Source: Polyangiaceae bacterium
Lineage (GTDB): Bacteria > Myxococcota_A > Polyangia > Polyangiales > Polyangiaceae
Length of the DNA stretch: 64,000 bases
Assembly (NCBI GenBank): GCA_044376115.1
Contig: JBILLK010000031.1
Span: forward strand, 32,001-96,000
Reading direction: 5' to 3'
The position numbers and the translations under genes were made by a program. A model generated the notes under the pieces. It saw only the letters and a program-made list of their open reading frames with translations. It was not told the origin of the DNA and did not search any database. Shown here one piece after another: positions 38,507 through 47,653 of the stretch. The stretch's first letter is position 1. The number at the start of each line of letters is the position of its first letter.

Positions 38507-38631
38507 CGACTTCCTCCGAGTTCGAAAGGTAAGGAAGAAGCTCGCGAGCGGCCAAACAACCCGTGTCGGTTGCTGCTCGCACGAGTCATGTTGGCCCATC
38601 CCTGAAAGCCTCAATACGCTTCGGGTTGGAA

Positions 38632-39066
38632 ATGACCCGCGGTCCCGGCATCACCAAGATTCGCTGCCTCTGGCCTGTCGCCGTAAAGCAGAAGACGCTT
38701 TACCGCGCGACCTTGCCGCTGCTCAACGAGTGGCTCGGGCATGCCGACATCGTGAGCGAGGGCGCGGTGGAAACTTCTGCTGCAGGTGCTTCGTACTTCG
38801 GCAGCACACACCTGCGACTGCCGTGGGCACACTCGCCACACCCAGCGCTGCGCGATCAGCGAGCGCTGCTCGTACTCGAGAGCGATCCACACTTGCGTGT
38901 GTTGATTTTGCGCGTTGCACGCCGCGAAGCGGAGACGCGCTGCCGCGGAACACTTCACGTAATGCGAGCTGACCTCAGCTTTTCCACAGACCCTGTGGGC
39001 TTCATCGCGCTCACGGATGTCGATGCAAGAGTCGCTCTCGTTGATGCATCAGCGCTTCACTCTTGA
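38632..39066 (+). CDS. Hypothetical protein
   Basis: Fills the gap before the MerR-TPR gene with a plausible composition; start uncertain. Confidence 0.55.
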   Translation: MTRGPGITKIRCLWPVAVKQKTLYRATLPLLNEWLGHADIVSEGAVETSAAGASYFGSTHLRLPWAHSPHPALRDQRALLVLESDPHLRVLILRVARREAETRCRGTLHVMRADLSFSTDPVGFIALTDVDARVALVDASALHS

Positions 39067-39109
39067 CGCACGTGGCCACGTCGATAGAACGCGTTGTGAC
39101 GACGCACGC

Positions 39110-40135
39110 ATGAAGAAGCGAAACACAGGCGACGAGCAGAAAGTGATTCACGTCGTGTTCGGACCTGGCGGCGGTCGCGTCGGGCCAGCGTCGACGCATG
39201 ACGCACACTCAATGTCGCGTGGCGCTGCAGCGGCTGAAGAAGGTGAAGTCCCGCGTTCCTCACGTGAGCCCGTCACGGATCTGTTCACGCTGACGGAGGT
39301 CGCTCGGCTGCTCTCGGTGTCCACCGGTCGCTTGCGCAGTCTTGACAAGAACGGCATCGTCACGCCCTCGGGCCGTCGGCGCGGTAGGAGGGCTTATACC
39401 TTCCAAGACGTGATCGCGTTACGCGCTGCGCGTGACCTGCTCGCTCAAAAGGTGCGGCTGCGGGATGTCGCCAAGGCCATCTCGAGCATCCAGCTGGCGT
39501 TGCCGCGCGTGACGCGTCCGCTCTCCGAGTTGAGCATCTTGTCCGACGGTCGGCAGGTGGTGCTGCGCACCGAGTCGGGCAACTATGAACCCGTCACGGG
39601 TCAGATGGTGCTCGATTTCGAAGTGAAGTCGTTGCGTGAAGACGTTGTGCGCGTGCTGCGCCCCAACGCCGGTCGCGAGCGCGCACGCACCGCCTACGAT
39701 CTGTACGTGAAGGCGAGCCAGCTCGATGAGTCGCCCGCGACCTTGCCCGAGGCCGAGCGGCTCTATCGGCAGGCGATCGAGCTCGATCCGTGGCTCGCCA
39801 TCGCCTACACGAACCTGGGCAATATCTGCTTTCGTCGCGATGAAGAGGAGTCGGCCGTCGCGCTTTATCGCAAGGCCCTCCAGATCGACACCACTCAGCC
39901 GGAAGCGCAATACAACCTCGGCTACGTCATGCTCGAGCGCGGCGCGGCGGACGAGGCGATCGCCTTCTTCGAAGGGGCGATCAAGAGCGACCCTCGCTTC
40001 GCCGACGCTTATTTCAACCTGGCGATGGCCTTCGAACAAACGGGCCGCGCAGACGACGCTCGGCCGTGTTGGCGGCGCTACCTCGAGCTGGAGCCCACCG
40101 GCACCTGGGCCGACATCGCGCGCCGTCATTTGTGA
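39110..40135 (+). CDS. MerR-type HTH + TPR protein
   Basis: FTLTEVARLLSVSTGRLRSLDKNGIVTPS...RAYTFQDV; TPRs AYTNLGNI, AQYNLGYV and AYFNLAMA. Confidence 0.85.
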   Translation: MKKRNTGDEQKVIHVVFGPGGGRVGPASTHDAHSMSRGAAAAEEGEVPRSSREPVTDLFTLTEVARLLSVSTGRLRSLDKNGIVTPSGRRRGRRAYTFQDVIALRAARDLLAQKVRLRDVAKAISSIQLALPRVTRPLSELSILSDGRQVVLRTESGNYEPVTGQMVLDFEVKSLREDVVRVLRPNAGRERARTAYDLYVKASQLDESPATLPEAERLYRQAIELDPWLAIAYTNLGNICFRRDEEESAVALYRKALQIDTTQPEAQYNLGYVMLERGAADEAIAFFEGAIKSDPRFADAYFNLAMAFEQTGRADDARPCWRRYLELEPTGTWADIARRHL

Positions 40136-40234
40136 GGCGGGTGAGCCGCTGAATCTGCGGGTCCACGGCTTTGCAGCGCGGGGCTCGCGACGTTGTTTGT
40201 GGCGTAGCCGTTAGATTGTGGTACGCACGCGCAC

Positions 40235-41353
40235 GTGGCGGACAACCAATTGGCGCGGCAGCTGGCACACTCAGCCTTGGACGCCTTGAAGAAAGCTGGG
40301 CACATCGTGCTCGCTCCAGGGGGCGGAGAGCAAACGGCGAGGGAGATGGCTCAGCAGCTCGAGCCAGCCCTCCCGAGGATCCTCGCGAAGGTGGTGAGGA
40401 GCCCGATCATGGGCGAGGTCTCGAGCACCTTCGGGGATGAGGCTACCGACGAGTTGGTCGAGGAACTCGTAGAAGAGCTGCGTGAGACGGTGCTCGACTC
40501 CGACGGCGTCGAGGACGTATTCGCCGAAGACCGGGCGATCGAACGGGTCATCTTCCTCACCTTGCGTGACGAGCTGCGTCTGCTCGGTAACCGTGAGGCC
40601 GATGACGAGGCTGAACCACCGCCGATCAGCGTCCGCTTGGACACCCTCGGTTACGTGGCCAAAGCTGCAGCACGCGAGGCCGAATTGCCGACGCTTCGGG
40701 ACGCCCTCGATCGCGCCGCGCTCGCCGTCCAAGCGGAGCTCGACAACTTCGATGAAGAGGCGCACACGGCCTTCTTTCGCCCGGGGGACTCGGATCCGGA
40801 GAAGCGCATCGAGATCGAGGCGGCGATCGAGGAGGAGCTCTCCGATCTCGTGGATCTCGGCGTGGTGGAGCTGCCATCGGAGCTGCGCGTGGTACCGCTC
40901 CCAGCGTTGGCGCCCGACGCGCGGAAAGGGCTCAGCCGCCGCCTGGATGATTTAGCGGCGCGTCACCTGGCTGATCCGCTTTGTCCCGGAACGTGGGACT
41001 GGGGCGCTGAAAAGACGACGGTGGTGCTTTCGTTTACGCCGCTTACAGCGCCGAACCCGGCTTTGATCGACTCGGCTGCGGCGGCCTTTGGCGCAGGGCT
41101 TGCTGCACTGCTGGCCGAGCTTCCGAGCGCACCCGCTGCTGCCGTTGAACCGGCCGAGGCGCGTCCCGCCCGCAAGGCTGCAGCCGCGTCCAAGCAAGCG
41201 GCTGGCTCGAAACCGGACGCTGATGACGCTCTAGCGAGGCGCCTGTTGGCCGCGCTCGAGGCGGAGCCGACGCTGAAGAAGAAGCCGGCCAGCAAGAAGA
41301 AGGCTGCCGAGCCGAAGGCGGCTGCGCCGAAAATGCCCAAGAAAAAGGCCTAG
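40235..41353 (+). CDS. Acidic hypothetical protein with a Lys/Ala-rich C-terminal tail
   Basis: 372-aa ORF ending KKKPASKKKAAEPKAAAPKMPKKKA. Confidence 0.7.
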   Translation: MADNQLARQLAHSALDALKKAGHIVLAPGGGEQTAREMAQQLEPALPRILAKVVRSPIMGEVSSTFGDEATDELVEELVEELRETVLDSDGVEDVFAEDRAIERVIFLTLRDELRLLGNREADDEAEPPPISVRLDTLGYVAKAAAREAELPTLRDALDRAALAVQAELDNFDEEAHTAFFRPGDSDPEKRIEIEAAIEEELSDLVDLGVVELPSELRVVPLPALAPDARKGLSRRLDDLAARHLADPLCPGTWDWGAEKTTVVLSFTPLTAPNPALIDSAAAAFGAGLAALLAELPSAPAAAVEPAEARPARKAAAASKQAAGSKPDADDALARRLLAALEAEPTLKKKPASKKKAAEPKAAAPKMPKKKA

Positions 41354-41362
41354 TTCGGGCTG

Positions 41363-41395
41363 GCGGCGCAAAAAGCTGGAAATACTTTGCGCCGC
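41363..41395. repeat. Inverted repeat GCGGCGCAAA-N13-TTTGCGCCGC
   Basis: Perfect 10-bp arms read directly, 9 bp after the 41353 stop; terminator or activator site. Confidence 0.6.
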
Positions 41396-41538
41396 AATCA
41401 CGTAAAGAGCGTCTAAAGGGGCGATGCTCTGTCTCGTGCTTGGCTTGGAGGCTGGGTCGCTCGGTGGGTGAGTCAGCTTTCCCTGGCTGAAGAATGCGTG
41501 GCAGGATGTCGGCCGGCTTTATCAATCTGGAGGATCGA

Positions 41539-42198
41539 ATGAATCAGAAGCTTATGTCAGTGGTGGCGGTTCTTGCTTTGGCAACGGGCTGCGTGGTCAC
41601 GAGCAGTGACGGTACCGATGGTGGCGGCGGAACGGCTGGATCAGGCGGCACCACCACCAACGGCGGTGGCGGAACGGGCGGAGTGGCCAATGGCGGCGGT
41701 GGAAGCGGTGGAGCTCAGGCTTGCACCACTCCCGATGAGTGCGTTGGAATTGCCGAGGCTGTCTGCGTCGAGCCGACCTGCGAAGAGGGTGTTTGCGGCA
41801 CCATCAACTCGGCTGAAGGCGTGCTCTGCACCGATTCACAAGGGAGCGCTGGCTTCTGCAACGGTGAAGCGGCCTGCGTTGAGTGCTTGAGCGACACCGA
41901 CTGCGCCAACGGCACCTGCAATGTGGACGGCGTTTGCGAGAGTGAAGTTCTCGGCGGCGTCTGCGGTGACAACTTCTGTCAGTTGGAGGTAGGCACGCAA
42001 GAGTGCTTGGCCTGCGCGATTGCCACGCAAAAGTGCAGCAACGAGCGCATCGCCTGCGTGAACGACGCGGACGGCAACCAGTGCGATACCTGCGGTGAGT
42101 TCTTCAACACCGGCGGTCAGAACTTCTGCCCGGGCAGCCAGGAGAAGGCGCAGGCCTTCCTCGATTGCGTTTGCACCGTCGGCGTCTGCGCCGAGTGA
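41539..42198 (+). CDS. Gly/Cys-rich lipoprotein (paralog 1)
   Basis: SD GGAGGA; lipobox LATGC; Gly linker; Cys-rich body. Confidence 0.85.
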   Translation: MNQKLMSVVAVLALATGCVVTSSDGTDGGGGTAGSGGTTTNGGGGTGGVANGGGGSGGAQACTTPDECVGIAEAVCVEPTCEEGVCGTINSAEGVLCTDSQGSAGFCNGEAACVECLSDTDCANGTCNVDGVCESEVLGGVCGDNFCQLEVGTQECLACAIATQKCSNERIACVNDADGNQCDTCGEFFNTGGQNFCPGSQEKAQAFLDCVCTVGVCAE

Positions 42199-42225
42199 TT
42201 GTCCGGGGCGGTTGACGCTCCAAGA

Positions 42226-42266
42226 AAGAGGACGGTCGGGCTAACCGTCCGTCCTCTTGTGTTTCT
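42226..42266 (+). terminator. Intrinsic terminator
   Basis: AAGAGGACGG...CCGTCCTCTT stem with inner CGG-GCTAA-CCG, followed by GTGTTTCTT. Confidence 0.65.
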
Positions 42267-42339
42267 TGTGATGACGTGGGGAAGAGTCGCGCGGCGCATC
42301 GACGCGGGGCTGTCGTAAACCTTTCGCGGGAGGCTTGAA

Positions 42340-43125
42340 ATGTTCGGACGTACCTTCGGTCTTTGTTTGGCGGCATCGCTTTTGGTCGGCTGTTTGATCG
42401 TTGATAACAACGACGGTGAAGGCGGCTCGGGCGCTACCACCAACGGCGGCGGCGGCAGCGCCGGGTCGAACAACAACGGTGGCGGCGGTGGTACAGCCGG
42501 CTCGACGACCGATGGCGGCGGCGGAAGTGGCGGCCTCGGCGGCACGGGTGGTGTTGGCGGCGTCACCAACGGCGGCAGCGGTGGTCTCGGTGGTGAGGGC
42601 GGAGCGGGCGGCGCTGCCCAGTGCGTGAGCGCGGGTGACTGCGCTGAGTCGAACGAGGAGTGCCAGGTTGCGGTTTGCAACAACGGTGCTTGCGAATACG
42701 AGAACGCGGCTGAGGGCACGCTCTGCACCGACGCCAACGGCGGTGGCGGATACTGCGATATGGCGGGGGCCTGCGTCGAGTGCATCATGGACAGCGACTG
42801 CATCGACACCGAGGTTTGCGAGACCGGGACCTGCGTAAGCCAGATCCTTGGGCCGCCCTGCGGCGACAACTTCTGCCAACTGATGCCGGCCACGCAGCAA
42901 TGCATCAGCTGCCTGTTCAGCGAGGGTGGCGCTGGTGGAACCTGCAACGCTGAGTACATGGCGTGTGTGGCGGAGGGCTCACCTGCTGGTTGCACCAGCT
43001 GCTTCGAGTATCTGAACGGCCAGGGCAACCAGGCCTCGTTCTGCAACAACGGCAACCTCGACAGCCTGCAGACGACTCAGAACCTGCTCGACTGCATGTG
43101 TGCGGCGAACGCCTGCGCGCAGTAG
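42340..43125 (+). CDS. Gly/Cys-rich lipoprotein (paralog 2)
   Basis: SD GGGAGG; lipobox LLVGC; shares AEG.LCTD, ACVEC..D.DC and CGDNFCQL with paralog 1. Confidence 0.85.
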   Translation: MFGRTFGLCLAASLLVGCLIVDNNDGEGGSGATTNGGGGSAGSNNNGGGGGTAGSTTDGGGGSGGLGGTGGVGGVTNGGSGGLGGEGGAGGAAQCVSAGDCAESNEECQVAVCNNGACEYENAAEGTLCTDANGGGGYCDMAGACVECIMDSDCIDTEVCETGTCVSQILGPPCGDNFCQLMPATQQCISCLFSEGGAGGTCNAEYMACVAEGSPAGCTSCFEYLNGQGNQASFCNNGNLDSLQTTQNLLDCMCAANACAQ

Positions 43126-43144
43126 CCTCCTAACGTTCACGAGC

Positions 43145-43180
43145 AAAGGGCGTCCCATTCGCGTGGGGCGCCTTTCTTTT
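43145..43180 (+). terminator. Intrinsic terminator between convergent genes
   Basis: AAAGGGCGTCCCA-TTCGCG-TGGGGCGCCTTT stem followed by CTTTT. Confidence 0.75.
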
Positions 43181-43214
43181 GTGTACGGCCCAGCCAGCGG
43201 CCCCCCAGCCCAGC

Positions 43215-46200
43215 CTACGGCTTCGGCGGTGGGCGCAACGGCAGCGAGGCGAAGAACGGCAGGCTCTTGCCCAGCCGCGCCTTGGCCAACTCGACGATGC
43301 GGTGCACCTCGGGGATGCGCTCGAGATAGGCGCTGCGGTGCTCGCTCCGGCCGATCTTCCGGGCGCGATCACAAATGGCGGTGAACCCAGCCTCGAGCGC
43401 GCTGTTGGCGCCGGCTTCATCCTCCACGGCGAGCAACGTTTCGATCAGGGTCAGGTGCGTGAGCTCCTCCCATTCTTCGACCGGTTGGCCGCGGATCAGA
43501 TCCACCGCCTCTTGCGCGAGGGCCAGCGCATCCCCGATCTCCCCGCGCGAGTAGGAGACCGCAGCCGCGACGAAGCGGGCCGTCGGGATCAACGCAGGCA
43601 AACTTCGAACCTCGGCCTCGACGAAGGAAGCGAGCGCTTGTGCCGCCGCGAGATCGCTCGATTCTTGGATGTCGTGCCCCTCGGCGCGCGCCTGGCCGAT
43701 GCGCCACAGCAGCAGCAGCGCCTCGTACACGCGGGCGTGCACGCGCAGCCGCGCAGCGCCTGTTTCATCGGCGATCTTGCCGGCCTCGCGCTGCATTTCG
43801 ATGCCCCGGTCCACCAGGCCGAGGCGGGCCTCAGTCATGCCGAGGTTGTGCAACGCGAAGGCCTCGAGGATGCGCATGCGACGATCGCGAGCGTCACCCA
43901 ACGCGCGATCGAGCAGCCAGCGCGCCTCCTCGAACAGACCGAGCAGGTTCATCGACGAGGCGGTGTTGAGGCGCGCGCGCGTCGCGAGCACCACGTCCCC
44001 AGCGGTGTCCGCGACGTCGATCACGCTCGGCCCGTTAGCCACGACCTCTGAAGGATCGGCGAGCTGCATGAGCGCAAACAGCCGCGCGTCGAGAACGCGT
44101 ACCAGCGCCTCCGACGACTGCGACATTCGCGCGAGGGGAAGCGCCTCGTCAGCGAGCTTGAGGGCCTCTCGTGGCTGGCCGAGGTCGACGAAGCCGCGTA
44201 CGCGAGCGGCCATCAGTTTGGCCCGCGTGGCGCTCGAAAGCTCGGTCTGCGACTCGAGCGCGGCCTTGGCTCGAGCGTCGCCCTCGATGCTGCGGCCACT
44301 CTCGATCAAAGCCTGCGCGGCGAGGCATTGCGCTTCCGCCCAACGATCACTGCCCGGCCTGGAAAGCTCCCCAGCGTCGAGCGCGGCGCGGACTCCGTCT
44401 TCCAGCCTGCCCAGCGGAATGCGGGCCTGCGCCGCCGCCAACATCAGCTCGGCTCGCAGCTCATCCGGCGGGCCGCAATTGAGTCCGCGATCGGCGAGCT
44501 CGAGCGCTGTCTCGAGGTGGGCGCCGGCCGATAGCGCCTGCCGCGTCGCTCGCGCGTAGAGCGCCGCGGCGCGCTCGAAGTCTTCGCCGGCGTCGGCGTG
44601 CTTGGCGATCAGACCGACGTCGGCGTCGCCCTTCGACTCGAGCCAGGTGGCCGCAGCGCGATGCATCTCGGTGCGGTCTTCCTCGAGGATCGACGCGTAG
44701 GCTGCGTCGCGGAGCAGCGGATGGCGGAAGGTCCACTCGGTTTCACCGGCGATACGGCTCTGCGGCTGCTCGTTGAAGACCTCCAGCCGCTCGAGCTCGA
44801 TCAGCTGTTCGGCGGTGGGGCGCTCGAGCAAATGGGAGACCGCGCCGGTCCAGAAGACCGGCCCGAGCACGCTGGCACCGCGCACCACCTCGCGAATCGG
44901 CTTCGGCATGCGATCGAGGCGCATTTGCAACAGCGTTTGCACCGTCAGCGGCAGCTCATCTTGGCCGCGATCCGCAGCGCGCACGAGCTCCTCGAGGAAG
45001 AGCGCGTTGCCACCGGCGCGCTCGACGATGCTGGTTTGCAGCTTCGGATCGGCGGCGGGCAACGCTGCGCGAATCAGCCGTTCGGAGGCCTTCGTCGACA
45101 GCGGCGGGAGGGCGAGCCGCGTGGCGTTGCGGTTTTGCCACAAGCCCGGGAAGCGCGTGGCGATCTCCGGGCGAGCAAAGGCGAACACGGCGAACCGCAG
45201 ATCCGGACAGCCGAGCAACCAATCGAGCAGATCCATCGTGGTTTCATCGGCCCAGTGGGCGTCATCCACGAACACGAGCTGCGGCATCAACTCCGCCTGC
45301 GAGCGAATCAGCGCCTCGAGCGCCATGCGCGTGCGCGCCTGCATCAGCTGCGAGCTGCGCCTCGCTGCACGCAGCGGCTCATCCGCTTCATCGGGGAAGG
45401 GAACGCCGAGCAGCTCGGCGAGGAAGCTCGCCAAGAAACGCAGTGCCTTCGGCAGGCGGAAGTTGAGACTTTGGCGGACTTTGGCAATTTGGTCCTCCAA
45501 GCTTTCACCGTCATGCACGCCGAGTACGGCGCGCAACGCCCGGCCAAAACACGAGAGGCTGGAGCCCTGGCTCATCGGATCCCCGCGGATGATCAGCACT
45601 TCGGGCGGCAAGCCGCTCGATTCAACGCGCGTGATCAGCTCTTGGCGCACGCGTGATTTGCCGATGCCCGGCGGCCCGGTGACGATCGCGGCGCGGGGCG
45701 TACCCTCGTCGAGCAGCTCTTGATAGACGCTCACGAGCAGCGCGAGCTCTTTGTCACGGCCTACGGTGGGCGTTGGTCTGCCCAAAAGCAAACGTGCTCC
45801 AATGCCAGCCGTGTCCTCGCGGAGCAGCAGCGCTCCGATCGGATCTTCTTGCAGGACGAAGCGGCCCGCGAGCGAGGCGATCACGCTCGTGTCCACGCGC
45901 ACCGAGCCGGCCGTAACCGCCTCGAGCTGGGTGGCGGCGCGCTCGAGCGCTTGGGCGGCGAGGCTGGTGGAGCGGGTGCGTGAATTGGAAGGCGAGGCGA
46001 TGGCGTGGCCAGTGGCGAGCACGGCTTTGGCGCTGGGCAACGCTTTGGTCAGCATCAACGCGGCGCGTGCCGCGCGAATCGCTTCATCGCCGTCGGAGCG
46101 AGTGAGGCCCAACATGGTGACGATGCGGCTGCCGAGCAGCGCTTCCACGCGGGCGTCGCGACCGATGATGTCCCACAGCTTCGCCTCGAGTTCGCCCTCC

Positions 46201-47189
46201 AAGGTGGCGCCGCCCAAATCGAAGAGCACGGCTGCGACCACGCGACGCTCCGCGGCCTCTTTCTTCGGTGCGGGTGCGTCGGGGACGAGGTTGGGCGCGC
46301 GCATGAAGGCGCCGGTCTTGCGGATCGCCGAGGCCGAGCGGTCGGTGGTGGGCGGATCGTTGTTGAGCTCACCGACGCGAGCCAGCGCGCGCGCGAACTC
46401 GCCGGCGTTCTCGAAGCGGTCTTCACGCTTGCGGGCGATGGCCTGCAAGATCAGCTTGTCGAGCGCGTCGGGGACGTCGAAGCGCAGGGCTTGGGCGCTC
46501 GGCGGGTCTTCAATCACCAGGCGGCCCAAGAGCGCGACGATGTGCTCGGTCTCGAACACGTTGCGCGCGGTGATCAGCCGGAAAAGCGCAGCACCGAGCG
46601 AGTAGATATCGGCGCGCGCGTCCACCATCTCACCGCGAGCTTGCTCGGGTGCCATGAAGTGCGGCGTGCCCAAAATGGCGCCCTTGTCCTCGGCCATTTC
46701 TTCACCGGGGATGCGCACCACACCGAAGTCGATCAGCTTGACGTTGGCGCCTTTGCCTTCGATCAAGAAGATGTTGCCGAGCTTGAGATCGCGGTGAACG
46801 ATGCCGCGGGCGTGCACCGCGGCGAGCGCCTGCGCCGAGCGCCGAATCACCTCGACGGCGTCGCGCATGCCGAGCGGGCTGTGCCGTTGGCGCTGCACCA
46901 AGTCTTCACCGTTCAGCCACTCCATCGCGAAAAACGGTCGGCCGTCGGGCAAGAGACCGTGATCGATGTACTCGACGATGTTGGGGTGACGGAGATCGGC
47001 GATGACGGCGATTTCACGCTGAAAGCGACGCCGTTCCACGCCGCTCGCCGACCCTCGCAAGACCTTGACCGCGACCTCGGCGCCGGTCTCGCGGTCGGTG
47101 GCTCGATACACGTCCCCCATACCGCCACCGCCGGCGCGGCCTTCTAGTACGAATCGATCCGTCTTACGGTCGAGCTCGGGTAGCCCCAC
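43215..47189 (-). CDS. Ser/Thr protein kinase + degenerate cyclase-like region + AAA/STAND ATPase + TPR
   Basis: GGGGMGDVY, VAVK, HRDLKLGN, DFG and APE; GPPGIGKS, VDDAHWAD and GGNALFLEEL. Confidence 0.9.
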   Translation of the reverse strand: MGLPELDRKTDRFVLEGRAGGGGMGDVYRATDRETGAEVAVKVLRGSASGVERRRFQREIAVIADLRHPNIVEYIDHGLLPDGRPFFAMEWLNGEDLVQRQRHSPLGMRDAVEVIRRSAQALAAVHARGIVHRDLKLGNIFLIEGKGANVKLIDFGVVRIPGEEMAEDKGAILGTPHFMAPEQARGEMVDARADIYSLGAALFRLITARNVFETEHIVALLGRLVIEDPPSAQALRFDVPDALDKLILQAIARKREDRFENAGEFARALARVGELNNDPPTTDRSASAIRKTGAFMRAPNLVPDAPAPKKEAAERRVVAAVLFDLGGATLEGELEAKLWDIIGRDARVEALLGSRIVTMLGLTRSDGDEAIRAARAALMLTKALPSAKAVLATGHAIASPSNSRTRSTSLAAQALERAATQLEAVTAGSVRVDTSVIASLAGRFVLQEDPIGALLLREDTAGIGARLLLGRPTPTVGRDKELALLVSVYQELLDEGTPRAAIVTGPPGIGKSRVRQELITRVESSGLPPEVLIIRGDPMSQGSSLSCFGRALRAVLGVHDGESLEDQIAKVRQSLNFRLPKALRFLASFLAELLGVPFPDEADEPLRAARRSSQLMQARTRMALEALIRSQAELMPQLVFVDDAHWADETTMDLLDWLLGCPDLRFAVFAFARPEIATRFPGLWQNRNATRLALPPLSTKASERLIRAALPAADPKLQTSIVERAGGNALFLEELVRAADRGQDELPLTVQTLLQMRLDRMPKPIREVVRGASVLGPVFWTGAVSHLLERPTAEQLIELERLEVFNEQPQSRIAGETEWTFRHPLLRDAAYASILEEDRTEMHRAAATWLESKGDADVGLIAKHADAGEDFERAAALYARATRQALSAGAHLETALELADRGLNCGPPDELRAELMLAAAQARIPLGRLEDGVRAALDAGELSRPGSDRWAEAQCLAAQALIESGRSIEGDARAKAALESQTELSSATRAKLMAARVRGFVDLGQPREALKLADEALPLARMSQSSEALVRVLDARLFALMQLADPSEVVANGPSVIDVADTAGDVVLATRARLNTASSMNLLGLFEEARWLLDRALGDARDRRMRILEAFALHNLGMTEARLGLVDRGIEMQREAGKIADETGAARLRVHARVYEALLLLWRIGQARAEGHDIQESSDLAAAQALASFVEAEVRSLPALIPTARFVAAAVSYSRGEIGDALALAQEAVDLIRGQPVEEWEELTHLTLIETLLAVEDEAGANSALEAGFTAICDRARKIGRSEHRSAYLERIPEVHRIVELAKARLGKSLPFFASLPLRPPPKP

Positions 47190-47248
47190 AACTCGGGCAG
47201 CCTACTCGATATCCCCGGATTCGTCCTCGCATCCTGTACGCTAGCCCC

Positions 47249-47653
47249 ATGTTTCGACCGAAGGTTGAACAGAGCTGGAGCCGCCTGCTCTTGGGCCTGG
47301 CACTTGCGACGGGTTGCGAGGCTGCCGACGGCCGCGAGTGTTTGCCGAAGGACTACATCGAATGCAGCTGCGTTTCGGGCGAACGCGGCTACGCGGTGTG
47401 CGATGACCTCGGCTCCGGCTACGGCGAATGCGGCTTTTGTGGCACGGTCCCGCCGGGAGCAGGGGGGCAGGGCGAAGGCGGCGGCTTGCTGGCGTTCATG
47501 TCCGAATGCGAGGCGGACTCCGAGTGTGAGACCGAGCTTTGCTTCGAGTTCAACGCCAAGGGACCCCACTGTTCGCACCCATGCAGCAGCGATGCGGAGT
47601 GCGAAAGCCCCTCGCCGGGCTGCAACAAGATGGGCGTATGCAAAGCACCTTGA
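47249..47653 (+). CDS. Small Cys-rich lipoprotein
   Basis: Lipobox LATGC; many Cys in 134 aa. Confidence 0.75.
   Translation: MFRPKVEQSWSRLLLGLALATGCEAADGRECLPKDYIECSCVSGERGYAVCDDLGSGYGECGFCGTVPPGAGGQGEGGGLLAFMSECEADSECETELCFEFNAKGPHCSHPCSSDAECESPSPGCNKMGVCKAP

Noticed and set aside
38980..38997. DnaA-box-like TTTTCCACA with a short CCACAG/CTGTGG inverted repeat
   Set aside because: A single box inside a probable CDS, with no box cluster, AT-rich unwinding element or dnaA/dnaN nearby.
42420..42615. GGC/GGT-rich repetitive DNA (also about 18340-18450, 27040-27200 and 41620-41715)
   Set aside because: It encodes Gly-rich linkers. There is no constant repeat-spacer structure, so it is not a CRISPR array or VNTR.
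30860..43180. Intergenic hairpins at 30860, 31506, 42226 and 43145 as a REP/MITE family or ncRNA
   Set aside because: The stems share no sequence and each follows a stop codon, so terminators explain them.
47539..47653. Possible frameshift fusing the Cys-rich lipoprotein to the TonB receptor
   Set aside because: The receptor has its own ATG at 47638 and a signal-like N-terminus, and no slippery run is evident.
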